Shown: positions 1 through 10,252 of the stretch, piece by piece
How positions within the stretch are numbered: position 1 is the stretch's first letter
Layout: the number at the start of each line of letters is the position of its first letter
Assembly (NCBI GenBank): GCA_000004985.1
Contig: GG738912.1
Source: Naegleria gruberi
Taxonomy: Eukaryota
Length of the DNA stretch: 64,000 nucleotides
Direction: 5' to 3' (one strand)
Notes under the pieces: generated by a model
What the model saw: the letters and a program-made list of their open reading frames with translations, nothing else
Told to the model about the DNA's origin: nothing
The model's database searches: none
Translations under genes and position numbers: made by a program

Positions 1-388
1 TGGAAGAGAAGAAACTGAGTATTGAGAGGCAATATCTTGCGATTGATCAACATCGACACTGACAAAATTTGTATTTGGATATTTAGTAGATAATTGTTCA
101 AATTTTGGTTTGGCATTCATACATGGTCCGCACCCTATAGATGATGATCAAAAGTGTTTTAGAATTATTATTAATTCAATATCCAATTTAAATAAATTAA
201 ATAATTTAATAATTTTGTATGATGATTGTAAATTCATTCCGAAATTAATTTATAGTATCTTCCTCATTATGTTCTTCATAATTAATAAACATACATGTAG
301 CAAAAAAATCAACAACAGTTAAATTTGATTTCTTGATAATTTCCGAAAATTTAGAACTTGAAGAAACTTGTTCAACCTTTCCACCCAT
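1..388 (-). CDS. Thioredoxin, 5' part of the gene. There are 2 exons: 295..388 and <1..134, separated by a 160-nt intron. The CDS runs off the window start.
   Basis: The minus-strand ATG at 388 gives MGGKVEQVSSSSKFSEIIKKSNLTVVDFFAT. The GTATGT..CTATAG intron (135-294) splits the Trp codon. Exon 2 reads WCGPCMNAKPKFEQLSTKYPNTNFVSVDVDQSQDIASQYSVSSLP, which has the canonical thioredoxin WCGPC active site and fold-conserved blocks. The ORF track does not list it because it is split. Confidence 0.8.
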
Positions 389-535
389 TTTTTTTAATAA
401 TAATTAATTAATTGATTTTTCTATTATTAGGTTTTAATGTAAACAACACGTGTCATTTTCCGTAGGATGTTTACAATAAATGTCAAATATTTACAAATTT
501 CAAATAGATTTAAAGAATTGTTTTGTGTGAATAAT

Positions 536-1543
536 TTATTCTCCATGAACGAATTTATCAAAGAGTGATTTCTTTTTCTTTTGTTGGACATAGACAGTAG
601 TTGAAGAAACTGGAACGCTATGTTGAGGATAATAAGCAGAATATCCCACAGCTCCTGGAGGCATTGAAGGAGGTGGTCCATGAACTACTCTTACATTTCC
701 AACTGGTGGTACAATTGATGGAGTGGTGGTGGTAACAACTGTTGTTCTTACTGGAACTTGTGTGACAACTGGAGGAGAAACAAATACAGGTTGATGAATC
801 ATTTGAGGAGTATTGTAGGTTTGTGTGACAGTTCTTTGAGTTACAACAACTGGTTGTTGTGTTATCATTACAGGTTGTGGATGAATATATGGTTGTTGTG
901 GTGGAATAATCATTGATTGACGCATTGGCATTACAGGTTGTGGCATTGGCATGTGTTGTGGAATTGGATTTGGTTTTTGATAAGTCATGGTAGTTGGTTG
1001 AGTTTTTTGTGGAAGAGGAGGTAAACTTGGTTGTTGTGGTGGTACATATTGGTTATTCATTGGAATGTATGGTTGTTGTGGTGGAATTTGTTGATTATTC
1101 AAGTTTGGATAGACAACTTGATTTTGCAAGTGTTGTGGAACTTGTTGTTGTTGTGGAGGTTGATATGGTTGTTGTTGTTGTGGAATGTAATATTGATTAA
1201 TTGGTTGTGGAACATTATATTGTTGACCTTGAGTTTGTGGTCTCAAATTGACAAGTCCAGTATCATAGGCCTGATCATTTGGATGATACTTTGTCTCCAA
1301 TTGATGATTTTTAATAAAGGAATCACTCATTGATTGTGTTACAGTTGCTGATGAAGAGGTTGAGGTAAAGGAGGCATTCATATTCGAATTTCTATCCAAA
1401 AAACCAACTGGAGCAACTGGCGTATTTGTTGTTGTAGGAGTACTTGGAGTATGATTCATCATTGATTGTTCATAGGAAGGAGGTTGTTGTTGTTGTTGTG
1501 TTGTTGGATATTGTCCACCAAAAGCTGTATTATCAAAACCCAT
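536..1543 (-). CDS. Gln/Pro-rich low-complexity (prion-like) protein of 335 aa. Additional exons are possible.
   Basis: This is a long minus-strand ORF starting at ATG 1543. Its composition is dominated by Q, P, T and V repeats (QQQQQPP, PQQQPYQPPQQQQ). The antisense ORFs 994..1200 and 1031..1333 are composition artefacts. Confidence 0.5.
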   Translation of the reverse strand: MGFDNTAFGGQYPTTQQQQQPPSYEQSMMNHTPSTPTTTNTPVAPVGFLDRNSNMNASFTSTSSSATVTQSMSDSFIKNHQLETKYHPNDQAYDTGLVNLRPQTQGQQYNVPQPINQYYIPQQQQPYQPPQQQQVPQHLQNQVVYPNLNNQQIPPQQPYIPMNNQYVPPQQPSLPPLPQKTQPTTMTYQKPNPIPQHMPMPQPVMPMRQSMIIPPQQPYIHPQPVMITQQPVVVTQRTVTQTYNTPQMIHQPVFVSPPVVTQVPVRTTVVTTTTPSIVPPVGNVRVVHGPPPSMPPGAVGYSAYYPQHSVPVSSTTVYVQQKKKKSLFDKFVHGE

Positions 1544-1834
1544 TCTTTCTTCAATAAATAAATAATAAATAAATAGTTTTAAATGATCTCTGATTCTATC
1601 AACAAGTATTTAAATTTTAAATTTTAAAAAAGGCTTGCAAAATATTTTAAATCAGCCGTTTTGTGCTATGATACAAAAAATGATGAGAATTTTTTTTTTG
1701 AAATGAATTTGACGCGGACGTTGAGGAAATATTAATAGGCAGTTGAATTGGAAGATGAATTGGAAATGATTTTCCTTGTTGGTATTACTATTGAAATACT
1801 TTACAAAAAAATATAGCGAGTTTACAATAGGTTA

Positions 1835-2896
1835 TTATTGTAATGAACACCAAGAATTATCAGTTTCTGGTTTGGATTTTGGAGAGCTTTCTTTTCTTTC
1901 CTCTAGTATTTTCCATGAATTTGAGAATAAGCATTCCAAATGAATAAACCTTGAGGGTAGATTAATGTTCTGCATTTGGGCTGCGTTGACCTCTACATAA
2001 ATTGAGTTGAATTCATTTATGGCTAGTTCACAAGCCTCCTGTTGAGTAACTTGTCTTGTGAATTTCTCTTCTCTTGGGTAGAATCCAAGTAAAATTGCAA
2101 CTGTATTTGGAGCAAATTGTTTCCACAAAGGAATCCAATATTTCGAAATATCTGTAAACGAGCATCTATTGTCAATAGAAAAGCTGAATACCAATATAGA
2201 CGCAGAGTGCAGAAAGGATCTTGCTACAATTCCAGTAGTTTTGGCATAATTGAGAATTGATCCATGCCACACTTGATGTTTCAATTTAAAATTTAAAAAG
2301 TCACAATCTCTAACAATGAAATCTGCTCCAATATTAGGAAGTAAATGAGGTGAATAACATCCACTGGCGAAACTTCTGAAAAATCTTGATTTACCCACTT
2401 TCTTATTTCCAATAATGGCATACTTGATATATCTTTTGTCTTTCCTTTCATTTTTCTCATCTTCAATCTTGGTAGATCCCAATTGATTCTTATAGAAATT
2501 GAATAATTTCAGCTCATTGGCAACTATTTTCTTTTCCAATTTATCAGAAAAGCCAAGCAAATAGTATCGAATAATAGTTAATCTATTTCGCCTAATATGT
2601 ATTCTTCCTTCATGAGTATTCACACAACGACAGGAAGAGTTTGTATCTACTCTCTCAGAAATTCTATTATTATTATTATCACTCTCTCCATCATCATAAT
2701 AATAATAAACTTTTAAATTTTCTAATTTAAAATTCCGATCATCATGATTATTGAAATTATTTAATTGTTGTGATGATATATAGAATCCATCAATTAATTC
2801 TTGAACTGTTCGGGATATTCCATTCAAACTAGCCAAAACATCAATAGGTTCTAGAAAGGACACGATTTCAATCCATTCATCATTTAAACTTTCCAT
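1835..2896 (-). CDS. Divergent Ras-superfamily small GTPase-like protein (353 aa). The G-domain has degenerate catalytic motifs.
   Basis: The C-terminal half contains a P-loop-like IIGNKKVGKS and a Ras-like switch/beta layout (PNIGADF, ILVFSFSIDNRCSF). The DxxGQ motif is replaced by WHGS, and the NKxD motif is absent. An N-terminal extension precedes the G-domain. Confidence 0.5.
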   Translation of the reverse strand: MESLNDEWIEIVSFLEPIDVLASLNGISRTVQELIDGFYISSQQLNNFNNHDDRNFKLENLKVYYYYDDGESDNNNNRISERVDTNSSCRCVNTHEGRIHIRRNRLTIIRYYLLGFSDKLEKKIVANELKLFNFYKNQLGSTKIEDEKNERKDKRYIKYAIIGNKKVGKSRFFRSFASGCYSPHLLPNIGADFIVRDCDFLNFKLKHQVWHGSILNYAKTTGIVARSFLHSASILVFSFSIDNRCSFTDISKYWIPLWKQFAPNTVAILLGFYPREEKFTRQVTQQEACELAINEFNSIYVEVNAAQMQNINLPSRFIHLECLFSNSWKILEERKESSPKSKPETDNSWCSLQ

Positions 2897-3286
2897 CTTT
2901 TTTGATGAAACTCTTCCACTGTTGTTTTTCTTTATTTTTTTCTTTGTAATTGGGTTGACAACCTAAATTGTAAAAGACCTATCAATATAATTGTAATGAA
3001 GAATAGAAAAATGAATTTGCAATATTAACTTCCTATAATAAAACTGAATTCATCCAAGTTCAAAGTCAACAGAGAGATATCATTGACGGAGATATAAAAA
3101 GCAACCATTGAAACGTTCTTACTAAAAAACAGTCCTCTTCTAATGAAAATGTCCTCCACCATCACACAGCTCAACATCATTTAAATACCTCACCATTTAA
3201 ACTCCACATCAATATCAATATAATAACCAAAAAGAAATCAACAACATCAATAGGACTTTATAAATCTCTTTCATCATCTTCATAAA

Positions 3287-3655
3287 ATGTCCAAAGTAAA
3301 ACACATTATTAAAACCTCCTTAAAAACCTTCGAAGTTGCCTCGGGGACAAACTTGAGAGCTGCCCTTGTGGAGAATGGAATTCCTCTCTATAATGGCAAA
3401 ACAGAGACTTTCAATTGTGGTGGAAATGGCACTTGTGGAACGTGTGCAGTGCAAGTGTTGGATATTGATGAAAAGACCTCCGTGAAGGACTCTATGAAAA
3501 GAACGAGTGGTGAGGAAATGAGATTGAAACTCCCACCACATTTCAATAAGAATCAAGATATTAGATTGGCATGCCAGTGTCAAGTGACACAAGATGTGAG
3601 TGTTCAAAAGTTTGATGGAGTTTGTGGTCATAAGTTTGATAAGACTAAATGGTAA
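3287..3655 (+). CDS. 2Fe-2S ferredoxin-like iron-sulfur protein (122 aa)
   Basis: The cysteine cluster CGGNGTCGTCAV followed by a distal LACQC matches 2Fe-2S ferredoxin-type ligand spacing (C-x5-C-x2-C ... C). It starts at ATG 3287. Confidence 0.5.
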   Translation: MSKVKHIIKTSLKTFEVASGTNLRAALVENGIPLYNGKTETFNCGGNGTCGTCAVQVLDIDEKTSVKDSMKRTSGEEMRLKLPPHFNKNQDIRLACQCQVTQDVSVQKFDGVCGHKFDKTKW

Positions 3656-3919
3656 ATAAATTTCACTTGGTCAATTGACAATATGAAATGAAATTTTAAA
3701 ATAGATACTTCAAAATACGGCTCTTGATCAACATTCAACTCAAATTTGAAATTTGGAACGAAAGAGGATTACCCATAAATCAAGAAATCGGTTTTGGATC
3801 ATTTAGCTCTTAGTCCAAATCTGGTTGACTGATGAAAACCTTCTCAAATACTATAAAACCAATGCCTGGCGAATACTTTTCAAATCATTCAACAAAAAAA
3901 CAAATTGATTCAAATCAAT

Positions 3920-5110
3920 ATGAAAAATTCAGCTCTTAAATCAATCCTTCTAGGATTGGCTTTCATTGCACTTTCTGCAATGGTGGTCATGGGAACAGCT
4001 CCTCAAAAACCTGTTTCTAAACCAACTGATACTTATGGTGATCATCAACAATATTGTTACAATAAGTGTACTCATTACAAGACTATTCAAGGTAAATGCG
4101 TTGATTACGAATGGGTTGGTACCAAGAAGGAATGCTGTGATTGGAAGACAGTTGGCAAGGGTAAATGTTTGGAATATAAGAAGACTCACAAGTGTGACAA
4201 GTACAGTAAGAATGAAAAGATTTGTTTGGGTCACGGTTACAAACAATTCTGTACCAAGGTTACTAAGCATAAGATTTGTGCCAAATATGAATGGAAGGAA
4301 TTGTGCAAACATCACGGAAAGAATAATGCATGTGATGAATATGCTTATCATTTCATTTGTACCAAGTATGGTCATTCTGCTAGATGTGCTGAAGAAACCT
4401 ACGTTCCAAAGATTAAGTATTTCCATAAGAAGAGATGTGCCAAATACTCTGTCCATCAATATTGTGCCAAATATAAGAAACTCTCAAGAACTGTTGCTAA
4501 ATGGGTTCCAGTCAGTAAGAAACATTACAAGGGTTGGATTGATCATTACTATAAGCAAGTTTTGGAAAAGAAGTATCACACCATCTGTGTTGCTTATGCC
4601 AAGAGAAAGACCTGTACCAAATATGAAAACGTCAAGTTTGCCAAGAAGATTGGTTATGAAAAGAAGTGTGTCAAAATCGTCAGAAGAAAGTATTGTGTTG
4701 CCAAGCAAAAGGCTAAATTCTGTACCAAGTGGACTCCAAGCAAATTCTGTGATCTCAAAGAAAAGGTCAGAATCTGTAAGGCTTTCAGAGAAGATAAGTT
4801 CTGTTGTGATTATACTGCCAAGCCATATTGTACTCAATACAAGACATTGAAGCCAAGATGTATTAAGAGATCATTCAAGAAGCATTGTGTCAAGAAGTCA
4901 CCAGGTTATAAGGTCTGTGTCAAGTACAACTTTGTTGGAGGTAAGAGAATTTGTAAAAAGCACGCTGATAAGAGTGTCTGTGCTAAGAAGAAGAGAGTTT
5001 GTACTAAGGTTGATACCTACAAACCACCAAAGAAAGTTGACACCTACAAGCCACCAAAGAAGGTTGATACTTACAAACCACCAAAGAAGGTCGACACTTA
5101 TAAGAAGTAA
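3920..5110 (+). CDS. Secreted Lys/Cys-rich repeat protein with C-terminal VDTYKPPKK x4 tandem repeats
   Basis: The real ATG is at 3920 (MKNSALKSILLGLAFIALSAMVVMG, a signal peptide). The track start at 3905 is a TTG. The body contains about 40 Cys in reiterated C-x-KY/K-x-C modules. Four 27-nt tandem repeats lie at 5011-5100. Confidence 0.6.
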   Translation: MKNSALKSILLGLAFIALSAMVVMGTAPQKPVSKPTDTYGDHQQYCYNKCTHYKTIQGKCVDYEWVGTKKECCDWKTVGKGKCLEYKKTHKCDKYSKNEKICLGHGYKQFCTKVTKHKICAKYEWKELCKHHGKNNACDEYAYHFICTKYGHSARCAEETYVPKIKYFHKKRCAKYSVHQYCAKYKKLSRTVAKWVPVSKKHYKGWIDHYYKQVLEKKYHTICVAYAKRKTCTKYENVKFAKKIGYEKKCVKIVRRKYCVAKQKAKFCTKWTPSKFCDLKEKVRICKAFREDKFCCDYTAKPYCTQYKTLKPRCIKRSFKKHCVKKSPGYKVCVKYNFVGGKRICKKHADKSVCAKKKRVCTKVDTYKPPKKVDTYKPPKKVDTYKPPKKVDTYKK

Positions 5111-5492
5111 TTCGATCAATTTTGAATTAATATCAGAAAATTTCTAATTAATTAATTAGAATTTATATCCGAAAACTACTTTGTGAGAAAACAAGAGCCT
5201 AATAAAAACCCAATTTTCTTAAATTTATGAAACTTTCAAATCCTCCCTTGCTATAACCATTTAATAGTAGTAATCATGATGAAACTTCTTCCTTAAGGAA
5301 ACCAACGCCTTAATTTTTTTTTCTCACCAAAGAAAAATTCCACCACGCTACCTGCATCGTACGGATTCATCATATCGTTTGATACTCGACAAATTAAATC
5401 AAAGGCAAAAAATTGGGTGGTTCTTTTTCTTATTATTGTATATTAACAAGAGTGAGGGAAGGAGTTGTTGACAACAAATAATAAAAGAGAGA

Positions 5493-7060
5493 ATGACGAC
5501 TGAAGAGGAATTTGATGAAAATGATCTCCTTCTCGGAGGAGAAGCAACAACAGTTTCAGTTGAAGAATTTAGAGCAATGAAGAAAATGATGAAGGAGTAT
5601 ACGGAGAGAATTAAGGTTCTGGAAGATGTTTCAACACACTTTGCAAATGAATTTAAAATTATGAAAAAGTTGATCACAGCTCATGTCCATGAAGTGAACA
5701 ATAATATAGAAAACAAATTTAAGGAGATGAACAAGATTGTTGATTCAAAATTGGAAAAGATAGAAGGAAGATTGGATATGGCCTTTCAAAAATTGGAATC
5801 CACCTCTGAAGAATTGAACAAATCACAACATAGAAAGAGTAACAACTCTTCATTCCAAACCCCTAGAAAGAACGATTCTCTGTTGCAAATGTTCTCCCCG
5901 ATTGAAAGGAGTACAGGCAAGAAGGTTACTAGTGTTAAAAAACCAACTATTATAGAAGAGGAAGCACCATTGGAGGAAGTCGATTATACAGAAGAAATGA
6001 TAGAGGGTGTCTTGTCGTCGGAAGTTTTCGAGCCTCAACAAGGTATGTAGTATTGTTGTTGGAATGGATGACAGTTAACTCTTTGATTAGAAACTCTGCA
6101 AAAGATATTCAAGCATTGCGTTCTGAGATTGAAAGATTTGAATAAGGGAGATATTAGAAAAACAATGGCAAAAACGCATTTTGTGCAATTCTTTACAGAA
6201 GGAAAGATTGCCATCTTTTTGGATGAAAAGAGTTGTAACACCGATGTTGTTTGGATTGGAATTATGAAAAAGTTCAAAAAGTTTGGAATTATCAAGAGTA
6301 AGTAGTTTTTAGAGTTGATGAACAAATGTGAATTTCAATAGCTCAAGAAGAGTTATCGTATGACAACTTTGAGAAGGCAATCATAGTAATGGCTCAAAGC
6401 CTCAAAGATTCTTCATCAATGACACCAACACAACGAACTGAAATGTTTCTTGTTTCTTTCATTCCTAATTTCTATGATGTAATACAAATGAAGGAAGTCT
6501 ACAACTCAACTAATGAGGAACTTTTGAATCAGACCAGAGACATGGATAATTCCCATTACTTTTTAACAAACAATGAATGCTTTGATATTCTAAAGAAAAA
6601 CAGAAAACAATTGAAGCAAATATGGTCTATCCATAGTATCAATAAGAAACCAAGAGCTGGTTTACAACCAACACTGATTGGAGTCAACATTAAGGATCTA
6701 TTCGATATCTGTCAACAATATGGTTTGAAATCATTGATTACCAAAACTGATTTGATAACAGTAAGTATTCAGATGATATGGTTTTTTGTAATCATAAAAT
6801 CTTTTTAGATATTCGAACAAAGAATGGATCTCAAAAAGAATTCATTGTTTGAAAACAGACTTTCATACAATGCTTTCGAACTTGTACTAATTGACATTTC
6901 CAATCATATCTATGGTGGTAAACCATTTTGTAATACATACACTACTATTGAATCAAGAGTAGAAAAACTAATTAGCAAACTAATACTGGCATACGAAGAG
7001 GATAAATCAGTTCAAGCTGTCAAAATATTGAACGCTGTAACTTATGGACCGGGAATCTAG
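5493..7060 (+). CDS. Four-exon gene, join(5493..6042, 6091..6297, 6342..6760, 6809..7060), about 475 aa. It encodes an N-terminal coiled-coil region plus C-terminal helical (EF-hand-like?) domains.
   Basis: The frame is continuous across three GT..AG introns: 6043-6090, 6298-6341 and 6761-6808 (donors GTATGT/GTAAGT; acceptors TTAG/ATAG/TTAG). It joins track ORFs 5493..6050, 6389..6808 and 6824..7060. Function is not recognised. Confidence 0.55.
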
Positions 7061-7179
7061 GTAATAAACATGTTCAAATAATACATATGTACAGTTCAAA
7101 TTTTAATAATTATATTTATATTGTTATTAGAATCATGGAGAATTTGCTCCGTGACTATCTAGTTTGTATCATCTCGAGA

Positions 7180-7549
7180 TTATTGAACAACACATCCTTC
7201 AGATTCAGCTCTGACTGGAGCCTATTAAAAGTTACCCGATAAATATCATCACAACAATAGAAAATACTACATACCTTCAAAGGGTTAACTTGGGAAAGGA
7301 AGACTAAAATCCACATTGTCCAACAACACAAAACAGTCAAGAAGGTCATGGTTCTAATCAAACTATAATATGATGAATAAAAAAACAATTGGTCAGTTAA
7401 TGTTCGTATCCTCCAAACTCCTAAAACAAGATCTCAACATACCCAGCTTGTTTACCGAACAAAATGGTGAATGGCATGATAACAATGCACAAACCCCAGA
7501 AAAGAGCAGATCCAATAATGAGCGTCTTTGCGTCTTCGCTCAAAGCCAT
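7180..7549 (-). CDS. Possible small 3-exon membrane protein of about 92 aa (MALSEDAKTLIIGSALFWGLCIVIMPFTILFGKQAG...)
   Basis: The minus-strand ATG at 7549 is followed by a hydrophobic segment. Two short AT-rich GTATGT..TAG introns restore a continuous frame through the 7155..7388 ORF. This model is speculative. Confidence 0.3.
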
Positions 7550-7744
7550 TTTTTCTTTTTTATATTTTTTTTAAAATTCAATTAAATATTTTATTTTCAA
7601 CTCCGGAGCCGGAAAAGGATTGCCTGCTAAAAAGAAAATATCTTCAAGGCAGATGGTGTTTGGAAACTATCAAGAATGTGTGAATTCATTATTTGATCAT
7701 TAATATAGATTAGTATTCTTCTTTGAATTATTCAACATATTGAT

Positions 7745-7870
7745 GCGGAAGAAAATATTTTAAAATTATTAACGAAGAATTTAATCAAAAATTTACCTCC
7801 ACACTGATGTGTGATGATATTGGTTGGAAATTGTACAATCAAAAATTAGATGATTGCCAGATTGTTGTCT
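7745..7870 (+). repeat. Dispersed repeat of about 125 nt, copy A. Its paralog lies at 11465-11590.
   Basis: The shared core is ggaagaaaatattttaa...cgaagaatttaatcaaaaatttacctcc...ttggttggaaattgtacaatcaaaaatta.atgatt.cca. It aligns at about 80% identity with 11465-11590 in the same orientation. Both copies lie 75-370 nt upstream of a plus-strand ATG. Confidence 0.7.
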
Positions 7871-7945
7871 AATAATTCCACTTGAGTTTGTTCAATTTCT
7901 ACAGCTTGGCGCCATTTTTTTAAACAACTCAGAAAAACAAAAAAA

Positions 7946-10252
7946 ATGGGAACATCAAACTCTAAACCAACCCTGCAAAACAAAGGTCACAAAAGGACAG
8001 CCTCGTTTGAAACTTACCCAACCACTACTCCGAAGAAGCCTAAAACCACAATTGATCTAAAAACTGTTAACAAATATGAAAATATTAAAGAAAGGGCAAA
8101 GCGATCATTGTATTCCATGGCAGACACCATTAGACTTCCATTCGTCAACAGAGAGCAATCGTGTGAAGCCTTAATGCTGAATCTGATACGACAAAAAACT
8201 TCAGTTCATGGAATGCTTCCAATTTTGAGTCAGCATTATGGAAGCGGAAAAACACGTCTTGTTCATGAGTTTCGTAAAGCACTACCAGAAAGAGGCGATT
8301 TATCATCGCTAAGATTAACTGAGTCTTCTAATATCGTTGCCAACAATTTAATGAAAGCAACTCTTGTAAATATGGACATGTCTAATGCTACATTGACAAC
8401 CTCCCTTGATAATGATCTGGATTTTCCTAATGGTGCTATTTCAGATCTATTCTTACAAGAAGTAGTTATTGCATTGAAGCATCTGTCATCAGAGAATAGT
8501 GATCCACTAATTTTAAAATCGTTAAGAATTCTCAACTGTATAAGTGTGCCAAATATTTATGACCTTAATAGAGAAGAATTAATCATTTATGATTGCTTAA
8601 TTAAGTGCACTAAGTGGGCCAGTTTTCTTCGTAAATATTCTCAATTTGAATTGTACCCTCTATTGATACTAATAGATGAAGCATCATATTTAGAATATCA
8701 CTACAAGGAAGGATATTCCTCCTTTGTAAACCTTTGGGAAAGTACTTTCAAAACAACAATGGGATCATACGGAGATAAAGTAAGAACACCTGGTATCTAC
8801 TTTATTGTTTGTGGAGTTTCCTCAAACTTAACCAAGTTGGGAAGAGGTTTACTAAAAGTTTCGAATAAGGTTATTTCGCCTACACCCGCTGTGCATATTA
8901 TATTGGATATGCTAAAAGTAGATCACATTACAGAAATGTTCCAGAAAGTGGTTGTAACAACAGATGGAAATAACATACGAGAGTTCACTGAAATATTTTG
9001 TAATATAGGAAAGAACTACGAGTACTTTTGTAAAGTGGTATTCATCTATACAATAGGATTGCCCAGATTGATCGAATATGTTGTCTTATCCTTACTCAAT
9101 TTTGTTAAACAAAATCATTCAATAGATTTCAGCAGTAGAGAGAGAATAGATGCTGTATTTGATAACTTTTTAATGAGAAAAGAACTAGCCCTTGTGAGAA
9201 ATGCAAAAGAGATTTGCCCATTCTATACCAACCCATTCAATGATGAGAAAATCGACAGACTTATAGCACTTTTTACGATGGGACTAATGGGATTTCCCGT
9301 ACCAATCGCTGATGAATATATTTCAGAGATTGATCTACTACATAATCTGAATGTGGCTGTTGAAACACCTACTGTTAACGATGATCGAGTATTCAAAATG
9401 TATATTCCCAAGTTCACTTTGATTAAGGCAATGAATGATAACAATATGAAACATATTTCAATACTTTCTTGCCTTCCTCAAAGATTTTATGATTACATAG
9501 ATAAAGGTGATTTACTCAAACAACTATTCCTTGACACAATTCTTACCCGTATATTATTTACTCTGAGGACTTCAGATTCGAACGAATGGGACAAAATTCA
9601 TTCGATATTTTCACTTCCAAAAATCTTGAAAAACAAACAGTTGGAACTGGATATGAACCTTCCTGTTAGATATCTCCCTAAAATTGTAAGCTCAGATAAT
9701 AAGAACACCCCTAAAGCTCTTTCTTTTTCTAAAAGACATCCCTGGTGTTTCAATATGAGTTACAAGTTTTGGAATGATCTTTATGGATTGCAAATGAATG
9801 GCGGCGTGATAGGTCATCCGGCTCCTAAATCCAAAAGTCCAGATTTTGTAATATCAGTTCCACCAAATTCTGCCATATCTATTGCATGCAAGAATTTTTC
9901 CTCCAAATTCTCATTAAGTATGTTACAAGATGAAATAGATAAGGCCAGTCTAGTGGAAAAGAACAATGTACTATTCATATTTTCTTCCCAACTGTGTGAA
10001 ACGTTATCAAATGCTTGCCTAGAACAAGGTTATATTCATCTGTATGAAGGAAAATGGAAATTTGATGATTATTTGCAATTTCATGAGTTGAAGAGCATTC
10101 CTAATCTAAAATATAGAGCAAAAGGCACCACCTATGTGGCAAACACCATTAATGTGTATCCGAAAATGGAAGTAATTATTTTAGGAGAGAAATTGTTTAA
10201 ATCTTTCTTTTTGGAGGATGAGCAATCACCTATGGATATTCATCTCAAATGA
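7946..10252 (+). CDS. N-myristoylation-motif STAND-like P-loop NTPase (768 aa). A contiguous ORF at 10249..10587 may be a further exon.
   Basis: The N-terminus MGTSNSKP fits the N-myristoylation consensus (Gly2, Ser6). Walker A is ILSQHYGSGKTRLVHEF. Walker B is YPLLILIDEASYL, about 135 aa downstream. A long helical C-terminal region follows, with no recognisable LRR/WD/TPR repeats. Confidence 0.6.
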   Translation: MGTSNSKPTLQNKGHKRTASFETYPTTTPKKPKTTIDLKTVNKYENIKERAKRSLYSMADTIRLPFVNREQSCEALMLNLIRQKTSVHGMLPILSQHYGSGKTRLVHEFRKALPERGDLSSLRLTESSNIVANNLMKATLVNMDMSNATLTTSLDNDLDFPNGAISDLFLQEVVIALKHLSSENSDPLILKSLRILNCISVPNIYDLNREELIIYDCLIKCTKWASFLRKYSQFELYPLLILIDEASYLEYHYKEGYSSFVNLWESTFKTTMGSYGDKVRTPGIYFIVCGVSSNLTKLGRGLLKVSNKVISPTPAVHIILDMLKVDHITEMFQKVVVTTDGNNIREFTEIFCNIGKNYEYFCKVVFIYTIGLPRLIEYVVLSLLNFVKQNHSIDFSSRERIDAVFDNFLMRKELALVRNAKEICPFYTNPFNDEKIDRLIALFTMGLMGFPVPIADEYISEIDLLHNLNVAVETPTVNDDRVFKMYIPKFTLIKAMNDNNMKHISILSCLPQRFYDYIDKGDLLKQLFLDTILTRILFTLRTSDSNEWDKIHSIFSLPKILKNKQLELDMNLPVRYLPKIVSSDNKNTPKALSFSKRHPWCFNMSYKFWNDLYGLQMNGGVIGHPAPKSKSPDFVISVPPNSAISIACKNFSSKFSLSMLQDEIDKASLVEKNNVLFIFSSQLCETLSNACLEQGYIHLYEGKWKFDDYLQFHELKSIPNLKYRAKGTTYVANTINVYPKMEVIILGEKLFKSFFLEDEQSPMDIHLK

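Noticed and set aside
994-1333. The ORFs 994..1200 and 1031..1333 (+), antisense to the Q/P-rich gene
   Set aside because: They have extreme low-complexity composition (poly-V, poly-L/W) generated by the complementary strand of CAA/CCA repeats. They are not independent genes.
3320-4850. The overlapping antisense or alternate-frame ORFs 3320..3631 (-), 3950..4459 (-), 3966..4850 (+) and 4484..4837 (-)
   Set aside because: They lie inside better-supported genes (the ferredoxin-like and the Cys/Lys-rich secreted protein). They have no recognisable motifs.
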